Below are positions 35,967 to 47,852 of a DNA stretch of 64,000 nt, piece after piece (positions within the stretch are counted from its first letter, which is position 1; each line of letters opens with the position of its first letter). Source of the stretch: Escherichia coli (GTDB lineage: Bacteria > Pseudomonadota > Gammaproteobacteria > Enterobacterales > Enterobacteriaceae); NCBI RefSeq assembly GCF_044324785.1, contig NZ_CP172127.1. The stretch is one strand, 5' to 3'. The notes beneath the pieces were generated by a model that saw only the letters and a program-made list of their open reading frames with translations, made no database searches and had not been told where the DNA came from. Position numbers and translations under genes: made by a program.

Positions 35967-36670
35967 GAACGCTCCTTGTTACTTATTTTGCCAAATTTGT
36001 GGCTACGGTAGCCGTTGACCATGGTGGAGATCACTGTGTCGTCGGACATGATGTCTTCACGCAGCGCCATGTAGACATGACCGATCACAAACGCGCCAAT
36101 CAGCCACATCCCCAGCCGATGCCAGCTGTGAATGTCCATTGAGTTGCCACCCGTCCAGTAGAAAAATTCCACCACATAACGGAACGGCGCAAAAATAGCG
36201 TACTGGCTGTGTTCGCTGTACAGCGCAAAGCCGGTGATGATCATAAAAACTGACATCAGGAAATAGCCGAACATCGCCGCCTGGGCGATGGGGTTATGGC
36301 CTATATCGGCACTCGGACGTTTTGCCAGAAACAGATACCAGCGGATTTCATACCACACGCCCTGCCACCAGCTTTTACGCCATACCGGCACGATAAACAG
36401 CTCGCGGGAGTATCGATTGCCAACAAAAGCCCAGTAGATCCGCATCAGCAAGACCACGGTAAAAACCATCCCGGCGCTGAAGTGAATTAACCTGATGTAG
36501 CCCATATAGAACAGATACGTCGCCTCGCCGCTGACGGAAGGTAGCGGCTTGCCGATAAAGTAACCGGTGACCATCAACACCGCCATGCATAACACCGTCA
36601 GCCAGTGCCAGATACGCACTGGCGCTTCAAAGACATAGTGGCTGACAACGTTGTCGCTTTTCTGTTGCAT
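35963..36670 (-). CDS. hyaC: Hydrogenase-1 b-type cytochrome subunit HyaC, 235 aa
   Basis: Full ORF; membrane cytochrome b. Confidence 0.9.
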   Translation of the reverse strand: MQQKSDNVVSHYVFEAPVRIWHWLTVLCMAVLMVTGYFIGKPLPSVSGEATYLFYMGYIRLIHFSAGMVFTVVLLMRIYWAFVGNRYSRELFIVPVWRKSWWQGVWYEIRWYLFLAKRPSADIGHNPIAQAAMFGYFLMSVFMIITGFALYSEHSQYAIFAPFRYVVEFFYWTGGNSMDIHSWHRLGMWLIGAFVIGHVYMALREDIMSDDTVISTMVNGYRSHKFGKISNKERS

Positions 36671-36688
36671 GATGATTCTCCTTCGCTG

Positions 36689-38482
36689 TTAACGCACCTG
36701 CACGGAGATCAGCTCGCTACCGTCGTCGCCCAGCACGTGTGTTGAACAGGCGAGGCACGGATCAAAGCTGTGCAGAGTACGCAGGATCTCCAGCGGTTGC
36801 TCGGGGATCGCCATTTTGGTGTTCATCAGCGCCGCTTCATAAGCGCCAATCTGCCCTTTGGGATCGCGCGGGCTGGCGTTCCAGGTGGTCGGCACCACGC
36901 ACTGGTAGAGATCAATCTTGCCATCGCGAATGGCGGCCCAGTGGCCTAACGCTCCGCGCGGCGCTTCGGTAAAACCGACACCACGGCACTCTGTCGGCCA
37001 GGTTGTGGGTTCCCATTTTTCCGTGGAGGCGGTGGCAAGATTGCCGTTTTTCAGGTTAGTCATCAGCTTGTTGAAGAAATACTGCAACTTACCTGCGGCC
37101 CACTGTGCTTCGTGTGCGCGGCACAAAATGCGGCCCAATGTTGACTGGATACCGGAAAGCGGCAGGTTCAGCGCCGACATCATGCGATCGACCGACTCAA
37201 CGGTCGCCGCATCGCCTTTGTGATAAGCGATTAACGTGCGTGCCAGCGGCCCCACTTCCATCGCGTTACCGCGCCAGCGTGGCGCTTTGATCCACGAGTA
37301 GCGTTCCTGTTCATTCAGCTGCTGAATGTTGGTATCGCTGCCTTTGACATCGCCGGGGTTGTACCACGGGTCGGTAATGCCATCGAACGGATGACGCCCG
37401 ACCTGATCGTTGGGATAACGATACCAGGCGTGGTCGACAAACTCCTGCACCTGCTGCGGATCAACCAAATCCACTGGCAGCACATTGTTGAAGTCGCCGT
37501 TAATCACCGCGCCGCCAGGCATCAGCAGACTTTTCTCGCCAAAGTCGTTGGCGATATCCGGGAACGCGCCGTAACTGAGAACGCATTTATCCGAAAGGCC
37601 AGTGCCGATTTCGCTCCACGGTTTGTTGAACTGACCGATGGCTAAGGCGTCGGGGATCATCACGTTGTTAATGAAATCCGCCGTGCGGGTGATAATCGAC
37701 TGCACCAGGTTCAGGCGTTCCATATTGACCGCCCCGACCGCGCCGCTTTCGTCAATGTTAATGGCGCAAGGCATCCCACCGACAATCCAGTTTGGATGCG
37801 GGTTTTTACCGCCAAAAACCGCGTGGATTTTGACAATTTCACGCTGGAAATCGAGAGCTTCGAGATAGTGGGCAAAGCCCATCAGATTGGCTTCTGGCGG
37901 CAGTTTGTACTGCGGGTGCCCCCAGTAGCCATTGCGGAAGATCCCCAACTGCCCACCTTCAACGAATTTCTTCAGGCGGTTTTGTACGTCGAAGAAATAG
38001 CCAGGGGATGATTTCGGCCAAGAGGAGAGACTTTGCGCCAGTTCGGAGGTTTTCCGCGGATCGGCTTTCAGCGCATCTAACACATCGATCCAGTCCATCC
38101 CGGCAAGCTGATAGAAGTGCACCAGATGATCGTGGCACCAGAGCGTTGCCAGCATAATGTTGCGGATGATATTGGCGTTGTCCGGCACTTTAATACCGAT
38201 GGCATCTTCGATGGCGTAAACCGAAGCCAGGGCGTGTACGCCAGTACAGACACCGCAGATACGTTCAACGAACGCCCACGCATCGCGCGGGTCGCGCCCT
38301 TGCAGGATGATCTCCAGCCCGCGAAACATGGTGCCGCAGGAGACGGCATTGGTGATCACATTCTGATCGTTAATATTCACTTCGCAGCGCATGTGGCCTT
38401 CGATGCGCGTAATCGGGTCGACCACCAGGCGGCGTCCGGCATTGTTGATGGTGTATCCCTGAGTTTCGTACTGAGTGCTCAT
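36689..38482 (-). CDS. hyaB: [NiFe] hydrogenase-1 large subunit HyaB, 597 aa
   Basis: N-terminal [10 protein letters not shown] and C-terminal DPCLACSTH Ni-Fe ligand motifs. Confidence 0.95.
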   Translation of the reverse strand: MSTQYETQGYTINNAGRRLVVDPITRIEGHMRCEVNINDQNVITNAVSCGTMFRGLEIILQGRDPRDAWAFVERICGVCTGVHALASVYAIEDAIGIKVPDNANIIRNIMLATLWCHDHLVHFYQLAGMDWIDVLDALKADPRKTSELAQSLSSWPKSSPGYFFDVQNRLKKFVEGGQLGIFRNGYWGHPQYKLPPEANLMGFAHYLEALDFQREIVKIHAVFGGKNPHPNWIVGGMPCAINIDESGAVGAVNMERLNLVQSIITRTADFINNVMIPDALAIGQFNKPWSEIGTGLSDKCVLSYGAFPDIANDFGEKSLLMPGGAVINGDFNNVLPVDLVDPQQVQEFVDHAWYRYPNDQVGRHPFDGITDPWYNPGDVKGSDTNIQQLNEQERYSWIKAPRWRGNAMEVGPLARTLIAYHKGDAATVESVDRMMSALNLPLSGIQSTLGRILCRAHEAQWAAGKLQYFFNKLMTNLKNGNLATASTEKWEPTTWPTECRGVGFTEAPRGALGHWAAIRDGKIDLYQCVVPTTWNASPRDPKGQIGAYEAALMNTKMAIPEQPLEILRTLHSFDPCLACSTHVLGDDGSELISVQVR

Positions 38483-39597
38483 GCCTGTTTATCCTCATTG
38501 CCTGGCTGATGTTCGGTTTCTGTAGGTTGCTGGTTATGACGTCTGCGCTGGTCAACGGCGCTGGCAACTGCGTGCACACCAACAGCCGCTGCCACCACGC
38601 CAAGCGCGGTTAAACCGACGGTGTCGGCGGTGGAATGAGTACCCATTTGCGGAATATCGACTACGCGGCTGTAGAACGAACCGCGATCCCAGAAACCATT
38701 TTCCGCGCAGCCCAGGCAGCCGTGACCAGACTGGATTGGGAAAGAAACGCCATCATTCCAGCGGGTGGAGGAACAGGCGTTATAGGTGGTAGGCCCTTTG
38801 CAGCCCATTTTGTACAGGCAGTAACCTTTGCGGGCAGCGTCATCATCCCAACTCTGGACGAACTCTCCGGCGTCGAAGTGAGCGCGGCGATAACATTTAT
38901 CGTGGATACGCTGACCATAAAACATCAGTGGACGGCCCATTCTGTCGACATCTGGCAAGCGATCAAAGGTCACCATGTAAGTAATGATGGCGCTCATCAC
39001 ATCCGGGATCGGCGGGCAGCCAGGTACTTTGATAATAGGTTTGTCGGTGATGACTTTGTCGATAGGCGTTGCCTGCGTCGGATTGGGTCGCGCGGCCTGC
39101 ACGCAGCCCCAGGACGCGCAGGTTCCCCAGGCGATAATCGCGCTGGCTCCGGCAGCGGCACGTTTGAGTTTCTCAATAAACGGTCGACCGCTGCTGATAC
39201 AGAACATCCCCTGCTCGCCCAGCGGCGGATTACCTTCTACTGCGAGGATATATTTGCCATTGTATTGCGTGATGATGTCTTCAAAGACTTCTTCCGCCTG
39301 GGTTCCGGCGGCAGCCATCAAAGTATCGTCGTAATCGAGGGAAATCAGGGAAAGGATGACGTCCTTTGCCAGCGGGTGAGCGGAGCGGATAAAAGATTCG
39401 GTACAGCAGGTGCATTCCAGACCGTGGATCCATACCACCGGAATGCGCGGTTTGTTCTCCAGCGCCCAGGCAATCTTTGGTGCCATTCCCGCGCCTAATC
39501 CCAGCGACGTGGCAGCCAGACTACAATATTTGAGAAAGCTGCGCCGGGTAACGCCCTGACGCCGCATGGCCTGGTAAAATGTTTCCTCGTTATTCAT
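38479..39597 (-). CDS. hyaA: [NiFe] hydrogenase-1 small subunit HyaA, 372 aa
   Basis: ORF 38479..39624 trimmed to [25 protein letters not shown]... (twin-arginine signal). Confidence 0.9.
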   Translation of the reverse strand: MNNEETFYQAMRRQGVTRRSFLKYCSLAATSLGLGAGMAPKIAWALENKPRIPVVWIHGLECTCCTESFIRSAHPLAKDVILSLISLDYDDTLMAAAGTQAEEVFEDIITQYNGKYILAVEGNPPLGEQGMFCISSGRPFIEKLKRAAAGASAIIAWGTCASWGCVQAARPNPTQATPIDKVITDKPIIKVPGCPPIPDVMSAIITYMVTFDRLPDVDRMGRPLMFYGQRIHDKCYRRAHFDAGEFVQSWDDDAARKGYCLYKMGCKGPTTYNACSSTRWNDGVSFPIQSGHGCLGCAENGFWDRGSFYSRVVDIPQMGTHSTADTVGLTALGVVAAAVGVHAVASAVDQRRRHNQQPTETEHQPGNEDKQA

Positions 39598-39982
39598 ATC
39601 GCACGTCTCTTCTCCTTGCGACACCGGCAGGACACCGGGCGCTTATGGTCGGCAAGCGACGTCCCTGTAGCAAGGCAAACCATCGCTTCACGTGAGATGC
39701 TGAAAACGAAAGCTCATCCTTCTGCACTGGCGCACGTCGCCAGAAAGTATTGTTAATAAAGCGTAGTGAAACTTTTGCACAAAACAATACAAACTGTATG
39801 GATTTATCTTTTAGCGATAAAAATGGACCTATTTTTCTTTTTGCCGGGCAGTGGGGATGTTTAGCCGGTTGCTAAACGAGTAAAAGAGAAGGAATTCATG
39901 GTGATGAAATGATCAATCTGCTGTTATTTCACGCTATCAATGCACTTTTGGCTGTTTTTCAGGCAAACAAACAAATTAGGGG

Positions 39983-40011
39983 TTTACACGCCGCATCGGG
40001 ATGTTTATAGT
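39983..40011 (+). promoter_or_regulatory. Putative serT promoter (TTTACA-N17-TATAGT, GC-rich discriminator)
   Basis: -35/-10 hexamers with 17-nt spacing ending about 12 nt before the mature tRNA 5' end. Confidence 0.5.
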
Positions 40012-40022
40012 GCGCGTCATTC

Positions 40023-40110
40023 CGGAAGTGTGGCCGAGCGGTTGAAGGCACCGGTCTTGAAAACCGGCGACCCGAAAGGGTTCCAGAGTTCGAATCTCTG
40101 CGCTTCCGCC
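40023..40110 (+). tRNA. serT: tRNA-Ser (anticodon UGA)
   Basis: GGAAGTGTGGCCGAGCGG...TTCGAATCTCTGCGCTTCCGCCA with anticodon loop CTTGAAA, long variable arm and encoded CCA. Confidence 0.95.
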
Positions 40111-40118
40111 AAATAAGA

Positions 40119-40153
40119 TAAGGGGTTAGCTAAATGCTAACCCCTTTTTCTTT
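40119..40153 (+). terminator. Rho-independent terminator after serT
   Basis: AAGGGGTTAGC-TAAAT-GCTAACCCCTT followed by TTTTCTTTT. Confidence 0.8.
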
Positions 40154-40317
40154 TGCCTGTCGAAATTCTCAGGGCGTTATATTTGCTTAATGACCTGATA
40201 ATCCGTTGTTAAACCTGTTCCAGATCAAATGCGTAAAGATGGGTAAAACTTCTGGGTGCCCTTACGCATTATCATTATGCTGCTTAATTAATTACATCTG
40301 TCATAGAGAGTGACTCA

Positions 40318-40977
40318 ATGGATCGTATTGTTAGTTCTTCACATGACCGTACATCGCTGCTTAGCACCCATAAGGTGCTGCGTAATACCTATTTTCTGCT
40401 GAGCCTGACGCTGGCCTTTTCGGCGATTACCGCAACTGCCAGTACGGTGCTGATGCTGCCATCTCCGGGTCTGATTCTGACGCTGGTGGGTATGTATGGT
40501 TTGATGTTCCTGACCTATAAAACGGCGAATAAGCCGACCGGAATTATCTCCGCATTCGCCTTTACCGGTTTTCTGGGTTATATCCTCGGACCAATTCTGA
40601 ACACCTATCTGTCTGCCGGAATGGGTGACGTAATCGCTATGGCACTGGGCGGAACGGCGTTAGTGTTCTTCTGCTGCTCTGCATATGTGCTGACCACCCG
40701 CAAAGATATGTCGTTCCTCGGCGGTATGCTGATGGCGGGTATTGTGGTGGTGCTGATTGGTATGGTTGCTAATATCTTCCTGCAGCTGCCCGCTCTGCAT
40801 CTGGCGATCAGCGCGGTCTTCATTCTGATCTCCTCTGGCGCTATTTTGTTTGAAACCAGCAACATCATTCATGGCGGTGAAACGAACTATATTCGTGCCA
40901 CGGTTAGCCTGTATGTTTCGCTGTACAACATCTTCGTCAGCCTGCTGAGCATTCTGGGCTTCGCCAGCCGCGATTAA
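40318..40977 (+). CDS. yccA: Inner-membrane FtsH modulator YccA (BAX-inhibitor-1 family), 219 aa
   Basis: Seven-transmembrane BI-1-like ORF. Confidence 0.9.
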   Translation: MDRIVSSSHDRTSLLSTHKVLRNTYFLLSLTLAFSAITATASTVLMLPSPGLILTLVGMYGLMFLTYKTANKPTGIISAFAFTGFLGYILGPILNTYLSAGMGDVIAMALGGTALVFFCCSAYVLTTRKDMSFLGGMLMAGIVVVLIGMVANIFLQLPALHLAISAVFILISSGAILFETSNIIHGGETNYIRATVSLYVSLYNIFVSLLSILGFASRD

Positions 40978-41067
40978 TCTCACCCGCTAACACTGTCATA
41001 GCCTCGCTTTATGCGGGGCTTTGTTTTTTGTTACACTGCCGGCAGTCTGATTAAGGTAGTAATAATT

Positions 41068-41397
41068 ATGCTGATCTTCGAAGGTAAAGAGATAGAAACG
41101 GATACCGAAGGCTATCTCAAAGAAAGCAGCCAGTGGAGTGAGCCGCTGGCAGTGGTGATTGCAGAGAACGAAGGGATTTCGCTGTCGCCAGAACACTGGG
41201 AAGTGGTGCGTTTTGTGCGTGATTTCTATCTGGAATTCAATACTTCTCCGGCGATTCGTATGCTGGTAAAAGCGATGGCGAATAAATTTGGCGAAGAAAA
41301 AGGTAACAGCCGCTATTTATACCGACTGTTTCCGAAAGGTCCGGCTAAGCAAGCCACCAAAATTGCTGGCCTGCCAAAACCGGTAAAATGTATTTAA
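41068..41397 (+). CDS. tusE: Sulfur-relay protein TusE (DsrC-like), 109 aa
   Basis: ORF 41011..41397 trimmed to [17 protein letters not shown]...; ends in a conserved Cys (...PKPVKCI). Confidence 0.88.
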
Positions 41398-41672
41398 CGG
41401 ATACGAAAATCGGTTAATTCACCCGAGGGATGATGCGGCTCGCTGAGCACCCGTTCTACACGCGCAGAACGCGGGCCGCCACTCTTTAACCACTGCATTA
41501 ATTTTTCTACCTGCCCTTCTTCACCGCAAGCAACCACTTCCACGCTGCCATCGTCAAGATTTTTGGCGTACCCGGTTAAACCCAGTCTTTTCGCTTCGTA
41601 CTGTGTGGTGTAGCGAAATCCTACGCCCTGAACTCGCCCGTAAACCCAGGCAATTATGCAGACTTTCGACAT
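41394..41672 (-). CDS. yccX: Acylphosphatase YccX, 92 aa
   Basis: C-terminal part of ORF 41394..41885 from [21 protein letters not shown] (acylphosphatase signature). Confidence 0.85.
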
Positions 41673-41766
41673 TGCTGCTCTCCTTATCCTTAATGGACGC
41701 GTTGCAAATCCATGGAAAACTCCGGACAATGACGCCCATTTCTTTGCATCGACAGAAAAGTAAATT

Positions 41767-42957
41767 ATGAGTGTACGTTTAGTGTTAGCCAAAGGGCGCG
41801 AAAAATCATTACTTCGTCGCCATCCGTGGGTCTTTTCCGGGGCCGTTGCCCGCATGGAAGGTAAAGCCAGCCTCGGGGAAACCATCGATATTGTTGATCA
41901 TCAGGGAAAATGGTTAGCACGCGGCGCTTATTCGCCAGCTTCGCAAATCCGGGCGCGCGTCTGGACGTTTGACCCGTCTGAGTCTATCGACATTGCTTTT
42001 TTTTCCCGCCGTTTGCAACAAGCACAAAAATGGCGTGACTGGCTGGCGCAAAAAGATGGCCTCGACAGCTATCGTTTAATCGCCGGTGAATCTGATGGCC
42101 TGCCGGGTATTACTATCGATCGTTTCGGTAATTTTCTGGTGCTGCAATTGCTGAGTGCTGGCGCAGAATATCAGCGCGCAGCATTAATTAGTGCCCTGCA
42201 AACGCTGTACCCGGAATGTGCGATTTACGATCGCAGCGACGTTACGGTACGTAAAAAAGAAGGGATGGAACTGACCCAGGGCCCCGTTACCGGAGAGCTA
42301 CCGCCTGCCCTGCTGCCGATTGAAGAACACGGCATGAAGCTGCTGGTGGACATACAGCACGGGCACAAAACGGGCTACTACCTGGACCAGCGTGACAGCC
42401 GCCTGGCTACCCGCCGCTACGTTGAAAATAAACGCGTACTGAACTGTTTCTCCTATACCGGTGGTTTCGCCGTATCGGCACTGATGGGCGGTTGCAGCCA
42501 GGTTGTCAGCGTTGATACCTCCCAGGAAGCCCTGGATATTGCACGGCAGAACGTTGAGCTGAACAAACTGGATCTGAGCAAGGCTGAGTTTGTCCGTGAT
42601 GATGTCTTTAAATTGCTGCGTACTTATCGCGATCGCGGTGAAAAATTTGACGTTATCGTGATGGACCCGCCGAAGTTTGTTGAGAATAAAAGCCAGTTGA
42701 TGGGCGCGTGTCGTGGCTATAAAGATATCAATATGCTGGCGATTCAGTTGCTGAATGAAGGCGGTATTCTCCTGACTTTCTCCTGTTCCGGTCTGATGAC
42801 CAGCGATTTATTTCAGAAAATCATCGCGGATGCCGCAATTGATGCCGGTCGTGATGTACAATTTATAGAGCAGTTCCGTCAGGCAGCCGATCATCCGGTG
42901 ATCGCTACCTACCCGGAAGGGCTATATCTGAAAGGGTTTGCCTGTCGCGTCATGTAA
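41767..42957 (+). CDS. rlmI: 23S rRNA m5C1962 methyltransferase RlmI, 396 aa
   Basis: PUA plus SAM-dependent methyltransferase ORF. Confidence 0.9.
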   Translation: MSVRLVLAKGREKSLLRRHPWVFSGAVARMEGKASLGETIDIVDHQGKWLARGAYSPASQIRARVWTFDPSESIDIAFFSRRLQQAQKWRDWLAQKDGLDSYRLIAGESDGLPGITIDRFGNFLVLQLLSAGAEYQRAALISALQTLYPECAIYDRSDVTVRKKEGMELTQGPVTGELPPALLPIEEHGMKLLVDIQHGHKTGYYLDQRDSRLATRRYVENKRVLNCFSYTGGFAVSALMGGCSQVVSVDTSQEALDIARQNVELNKLDLSKAEFVRDDVFKLLRTYRDRGEKFDVIVMDPPKFVENKSQLMGACRGYKDINMLAIQLLNEGGILLTFSCSGLMTSDLFQKIIADAAIDAGRDVQFIEQFRQAADHPVIATYPEGLYLKGFACRVM

Positions 42958-43332
<375 letters not shown>

Positions 43333-43341
43333 TCCCTGAAC

Positions 43342-43380
43342 AAATCCCCGGAAGGTTTTGGCCTTCCGGGGATTTTTTAT
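43342..43380. terminator. Terminator hairpin between convergent hspQ and yccU
   Basis: ATCCCCGGAAGG-N7-CCTTCCGGGGAT followed by TTTTTT. Confidence 0.75.
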
Positions 43381-43790
43381 TTGGCCAGGCCCAGGCGAGG
43401 GATCTCAATAGCCGGGCAGCGATCCATCACCACATTTAATCCGGCATCCCGTGCCAGTACTGCCGCTTGCTCATTAATCACCCCCAGTTGCATCCAGAGG
43501 GTTTTCGCGCCGATGGCGATCGCTTCCTGCGCTACGCCCCACGCCGCTTCTGAATTCCGGAAAACATCGACCATATCGACTTTTTCAGGAACTTCTGCCA
43601 GCGTGCCATACCCCTGCTGGCCCAGCAGTGTTTTGCCAGCAACTTTTGGCGAAACCGGAATGACGTGATACCCCTGGTCGAGTAGATATTTCATCACGCG
43701 ATAGCTGGGACGATCGGGTTTGTCGCTTGCCCCCACCAGCGCAATGGTGTGAGTGGACGTTAAAATGCCTGCAATATCGGTTTCTTTCAT
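43377..43790 (-). CDS. yccU: CoA-binding protein YccU, 137 aa
   Basis: ORF 43377..43871 trimmed to [24 protein letters not shown]..., preceded by GGAGG. Confidence 0.85.
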   Translation of the reverse strand: MKETDIAGILTSTHTIALVGASDKPDRPSYRVMKYLLDQGYHVIPVSPKVAGKTLLGQQGYGTLAEVPEKVDMVDVFRNSEAAWGVAQEAIAIGAKTLWMQLGVINEQAAVLARDAGLNVVMDRCPAIEIPRLGLAK

Positions 43791-43962
43791 TATTTCCTCC
43801 AGACTGTTTAACAAAGTGTACGACAAAGCCGACATGCCAACCATGCAGCTAATACGAATGAATGAGAGCAAAAGCGGGAAATATGTCTATATGTTAGTAA
43901 GTATGATTAAAGAAAAATTTTGACACATTATTATTCGGGCGGTCTTTTGACAGGAGCTACCT

Positions 43963-44625
43963 ATGAAAACCGGCATCGTGACCACCTTGATTGCATTATG
44001 TTTGCCGGTATCCGTTTTTGCCACCACGCTGCGGCTTTCAACCGATGTCGATCTTCTGGTACTCGACGGCAAGAAGGTTTCCAGCTCTCTGCTGCGCGGT
44101 GCGGACAGCATTGAACTGGATAACGGACCGCATCAGTTAGTGTTTCGCGTTGAGAAGACGATTCATCTTTCCAATAGTGAAGAACGGCTGTATATCTCCC
44201 CACCGCTGGTGGTCAGTTTTAATACCCAGCTCATCAACCAGGTCAATTTTCGCCTGCCTCGCCTGGAGAATGAGCGGGAAGCTAACCATTTTGATGCCGC
44301 GCCGCGCCTTGAATTGTTGGATGGCGATGCGACGCCGATTCCGGTAAAGCTGGATATTCTCGCCATTACCTCAACGGCAAAAACGATTGATTATGAGGTC
44401 GAGGTTGAACGCTATAACAAATCCGCGAAACGCGCTTCACTACCGCAATTTGCCACGATGATGGCAGATGACAGTACGCTGCTTTCGGGTGTTTCCGAGC
44501 TGGATGCTATTCCACCGCAGTCTCAGGTGCTCACAGAACAACGGCTGAAGTATTGGTTTAAACTGGCTGACCCACAAACGCGAAATACTTTCCTGCAATG
44601 GGCGGAAAAACAACCATCTTCCTGA
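43963..44625 (+). CDS. yccT: Periplasmic protein YccT (DUF2057), 220 aa
   Basis: Signal peptide [20 protein letters not shown]. Confidence 0.85.
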
Positions 44626-44720
44626 GATTTTTGTGCCTGTGCGCAGGCTTTTTCGGTCTTTCTCTTGCAGCGATAAGTGCTTACAGTAATCTGTAGGAAA
44701 GTTAACTACGGATGTACATT

Positions 44721-45179
44721 ATGGAACTGACGACACGTACTTTACCTGCGCGGAAACATATTGCGCTGGTGGCACACGATCACTGCAAACAAATGCTGAT
44801 GAGCTGGGTGGAACGGCATCAACCGTTACTGGAACAACACGTACTGTATGCAACAGGCACTACCGGTAACTTGATTTCCCGTGCAACCGGCATGAACGTC
44901 AACGCGATGTTGAGTGGCCCAATGGGGGGTGACCAGCAGGTTGGCGCATTGATCTCAGAAGGGAAAATTGATGTATTGATTTTCTTCTGGGACCCACTAA
45001 ATGCCGTTCCGCACGATCCTGACGTGAAAGCCTTGCTGCGTCTGGCGACGGTATGGAACATTCCGGTCGCCACCAACGTGGCAACGGCAGACTTCATTAT
45101 CCAGTCGCCGCATTTCAACGACGCGGTCGATATTCTGATCCCCGATTATCAGCGTTATCTCGCGGACCGTCTGAAGTAA
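44721..45179 (+). CDS. mgsA: Methylglyoxal synthase MgsA, 152 aa
   Basis: ORF 44712..45179 trimmed to [23 protein letters not shown]... Confidence 0.9.
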
Positions 45180-45185
45180 TATTGC

Positions 45186-45212
45186 ACAGGTGGCAAACGC
45201 CACCTGTTTCTT
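45186..45212 (+). terminator. Hairpin after mgsA (ACAGGTGGC-AAAC-GCCACCTGT + TTCTT)
   Basis: 9-bp stem followed by a T-rich tract; abuts the helD stop. Confidence 0.55.
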
Positions 45213-47265
45213 ACGGTTTTCTCGCCACCGGCACATCCAGATTTTTCAGTATTTCGACAAATGGAGAGGGATTCTCTTTGTTAAACAGTGCCCATACCCG
45301 ATGGCGTGCCCGGGTCAGCGCCACGTACATTAACCGCCGTTCTTCAGCGTCCGGGAAATCCTCAACCGGTGGCAGTAGCGCCTCTTCCATAATCGACTCC
45401 CGCGCCGCAGCCGGAAAACCATCACTCCCCTCCTGCAAGCCAACGATGATGACGTAATCCGCCTGTTGCCCTTTGCTGGCATGAATGGTCATAAAGTCGA
45501 TTTGCAACTTCGGCCAGCGTGTTGCCGCTTTTTCCAGGCTGGCAGGCCTCATGTGATGGTAACGCGCCAGGATCAGAATGCGCTCTTCCGGTTTGGCATA
45601 ACCAGAGAGCTTATCCAGCAAAGCGTCAAGATGGCTCTCATCCAATAACGTGACGGCTTTTTTGTCTCCATTGGTTAAGCTGTTTAGCGGCTTTTTCAGC
45701 TGGCCTGGGTTCTGCTGAATAAACCGGTTTGCCACCTCACCGATACGACTGTTAAAACGGTAAGTCGTGTCTAAATCACAGCGATCGCCTTCTCCAAAGT
45801 TTTCATGGAAAGCGGTGGTGAGCGACATTTGCGCACCGCTGAAACGGTAAATCGCCTGCCAGTCATCACCAACAGCGAACAACGTCGTTTGACTGTTTTG
45901 CTTGCGTAATGCCGCTAACAACGCTGCGCGCTGCGGCGAGATATCCTGAAATTCATCAACCAGAATATGCTTCCACGGGCTGATAAAGCGACCTTTCTCC
46001 AGAATCACAATCGCCTGGTGAATAAGGCCCGAAAAATCGACAGCGTTTTCTGCCTTCAGCGCACCTTTCCAGGCTTTTAATAACGGGGCCATCAACTTGA
46101 TACGTTTACTGAACAGATCGCGAATCTCTTCGGGTGCACTGGCAATCATTTCTGCCTGTGCACCGCCGTGCATCCGCATCAGACTTACCCAGCGATCGAG
46201 GCGTGATGCAAGACGACGCTGTAATTTTTCATCATCCCAGAAATTACCTTCTGGCACTGACCACTGCATTTCTTCAGTCAGCCATTGCCGCCAGCCCTTC
46301 GCCTGCGCTTTCTTTTCGCTGCATTGCTTGCACCACTCAGCAATAAAAAGTTCATGACGGGCAGCGGTATCATTTTCCAGTTTGCTGACTATCGGAACTT
46401 TTTTGCTACCCTGCTGAATAATATGCAGCGCCAGCGCATGAAATGTGCGTGCGGTAATGTCTTCGGTATGTAGTCGTTCTCGAATACGCTCGTCCATCTC
46501 TTCAGCGGCTTTGCGACCAAACGCCAGCAATAAAATTTGCTCAGGGGACGCTTCACCACGCGCCAGCAACCAGCCTGCACGGGCCACCAGCACCGACGTT
46601 TTTCCGCTTCCTGCACCAGCCAGCACTAACAAAGAATGCTCGCCATTAACGACTGCCCGGGCCTGCGCCGGATTCAGCGGTGAAGACTCGACCTGGCGGA
46701 AAAAATCCGCATACTCGGTAAGCATGGCTTCGGTATACGCCTGATTATGCTGCAACCGAGCGCTTTCAATATCTTTCAACCAGGCCTGACATTTACGCCA
46801 CGCCTCACGGCAGTTATCGAATTCTTCCAGTCGGTTAACCGGCAACGGCAACGCCGACAAAGCCTGGCGGATTTGTTGCTGCACGCCAGAGGTTTGCTCA
46901 CGCGTCAGCCATTTATTTTCTCCGGTGCGCGTGGCAATTAAATCCAGTTGCTGGCGTAAAACACCAGACGCAATTTCGCTCATCTCGCTACTCCACCGCC
47001 GCCAGTGAGCATCAAGATGATGGTAAAAACGCTGCGTCTCGCCCCATTCGGTACCGTGCAGACGCACCACTTTTTCGCCCGGCAGTACAAATTCCAGCTC
47101 GCCCCATACCAGACCGCGCTTACAGTGAATAGCCAGTAATTGATTGAAAGGAATAAGGTATTCGTGGCGATCGCCGGAGACTTTAATCCCGGCATTGAGG
47201 ATCACCGCCCGATCGTAAGGGTGCTGTGCCAGACGTTTTCCAAGCGTTGTCGCTTTCAGTTCCAT
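45211..47265 (-). CDS. helD: DNA helicase IV HelD, 684 aa
   Basis: ORF 45211..47358 trimmed to MELKATTLGKRLAQ...; Walker A GAGSGKTS. Confidence 0.9.
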   Translation of the reverse strand: MELKATTLGKRLAQHPYDRAVILNAGIKVSGDRHEYLIPFNQLLAIHCKRGLVWGELEFVLPGEKVVRLHGTEWGETQRFYHHLDAHWRRWSSEMSEIASGVLRQQLDLIATRTGENKWLTREQTSGVQQQIRQALSALPLPVNRLEEFDNCREAWRKCQAWLKDIESARLQHNQAYTEAMLTEYADFFRQVESSPLNPAQARAVVNGEHSLLVLAGAGSGKTSVLVARAGWLLARGEASPEQILLLAFGRKAAEEMDERIRERLHTEDITARTFHALALHIIQQGSKKVPIVSKLENDTAARHELFIAEWCKQCSEKKAQAKGWRQWLTEEMQWSVPEGNFWDDEKLQRRLASRLDRWVSLMRMHGGAQAEMIASAPEEIRDLFSKRIKLMAPLLKAWKGALKAENAVDFSGLIHQAIVILEKGRFISPWKHILVDEFQDISPQRAALLAALRKQNSQTTLFAVGDDWQAIYRFSGAQMSLTTAFHENFGEGDRCDLDTTYRFNSRIGEVANRFIQQNPGQLKKPLNSLTNGDKKAVTLLDESHLDALLDKLSGYAKPEERILILARYHHMRPASLEKAATRWPKLQIDFMTIHASKGQQADYVIIVGLQEGSDGFPAAARESIMEEALLPPVEDFPDAEERRLMYVALTRARHRVWALFNKENPSPFVEILKNLDVPVARKP

Positions 47266-47387
47266 GACTCTGTAGATCCACACGAAATGATTTCTTATCA
47301 GTGTAACCGTCAGAGAAAACGTGCTCCAGCCCAAAAAAACGTTACAATTGCCGCCCATTACTGAAAACCACAGTAAAGCGAGGTTTT

Positions 47388-47834
47388 ATGCGTACCGTTT
47401 TGAACATTCTGAACTTTGTGCTTGGCGGATTTGCCACCACTCTGGGCTGGCTGTTGGCGACTCTGGTCAGTATTGTGCTGATTTTTACCTTACCGCTGAC
47501 ACGATCCTGCTGGGAGATCACTAAACTGTCTCTGGTGCCTTATGGCAATGAAGCTATTCATGTCGATGAACTGAACCCGGCTGGCAAAAATGTGCTGCTA
47601 AATACTGGCGGTACGGTATTGAATATTTTCTGGCTGATTTTCTTTGGCTGGTGGTTATGCCTGATGCACATTGCAACGGGCATCGCACAATGTATTTCAA
47701 TCATTGGCATTCCTGTCGGCATTGCGAACTTTAAAATTGCCGCTATTGCACTATGGCCGGTTGGTCGTCGCGTGGTATCGGTAGAAACAGCGCAAGCTGC
47801 GCGTGAAGCCAATGCACGTCGTCGTTTTGAATAA
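47388..47834 (+). CDS. yccF: Inner-membrane protein YccF, 148 aa
   Basis: Hydrophobic full ORF. Confidence 0.85.
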   Translation: MRTVLNILNFVLGGFATTLGWLLATLVSIVLIFTLPLTRSCWEITKLSLVPYGNEAIHVDELNPAGKNVLLNTGGTVLNIFWLIFFGWWLCLMHIATGIAQCISIIGIPVGIANFKIAAIALWPVGRRVVSVETAQAAREANARRRFE

Positions 47835-47852
47835 TCCACTAATATGGCCTTT

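Noticed and set aside
39900-40000. 32-codon plus-strand ORF ([33 protein letters not shown]) upstream of serT
   Set aside because: It overlaps the putative serT promoter and has no ribosome-binding site; more likely promoter DNA than a gene.
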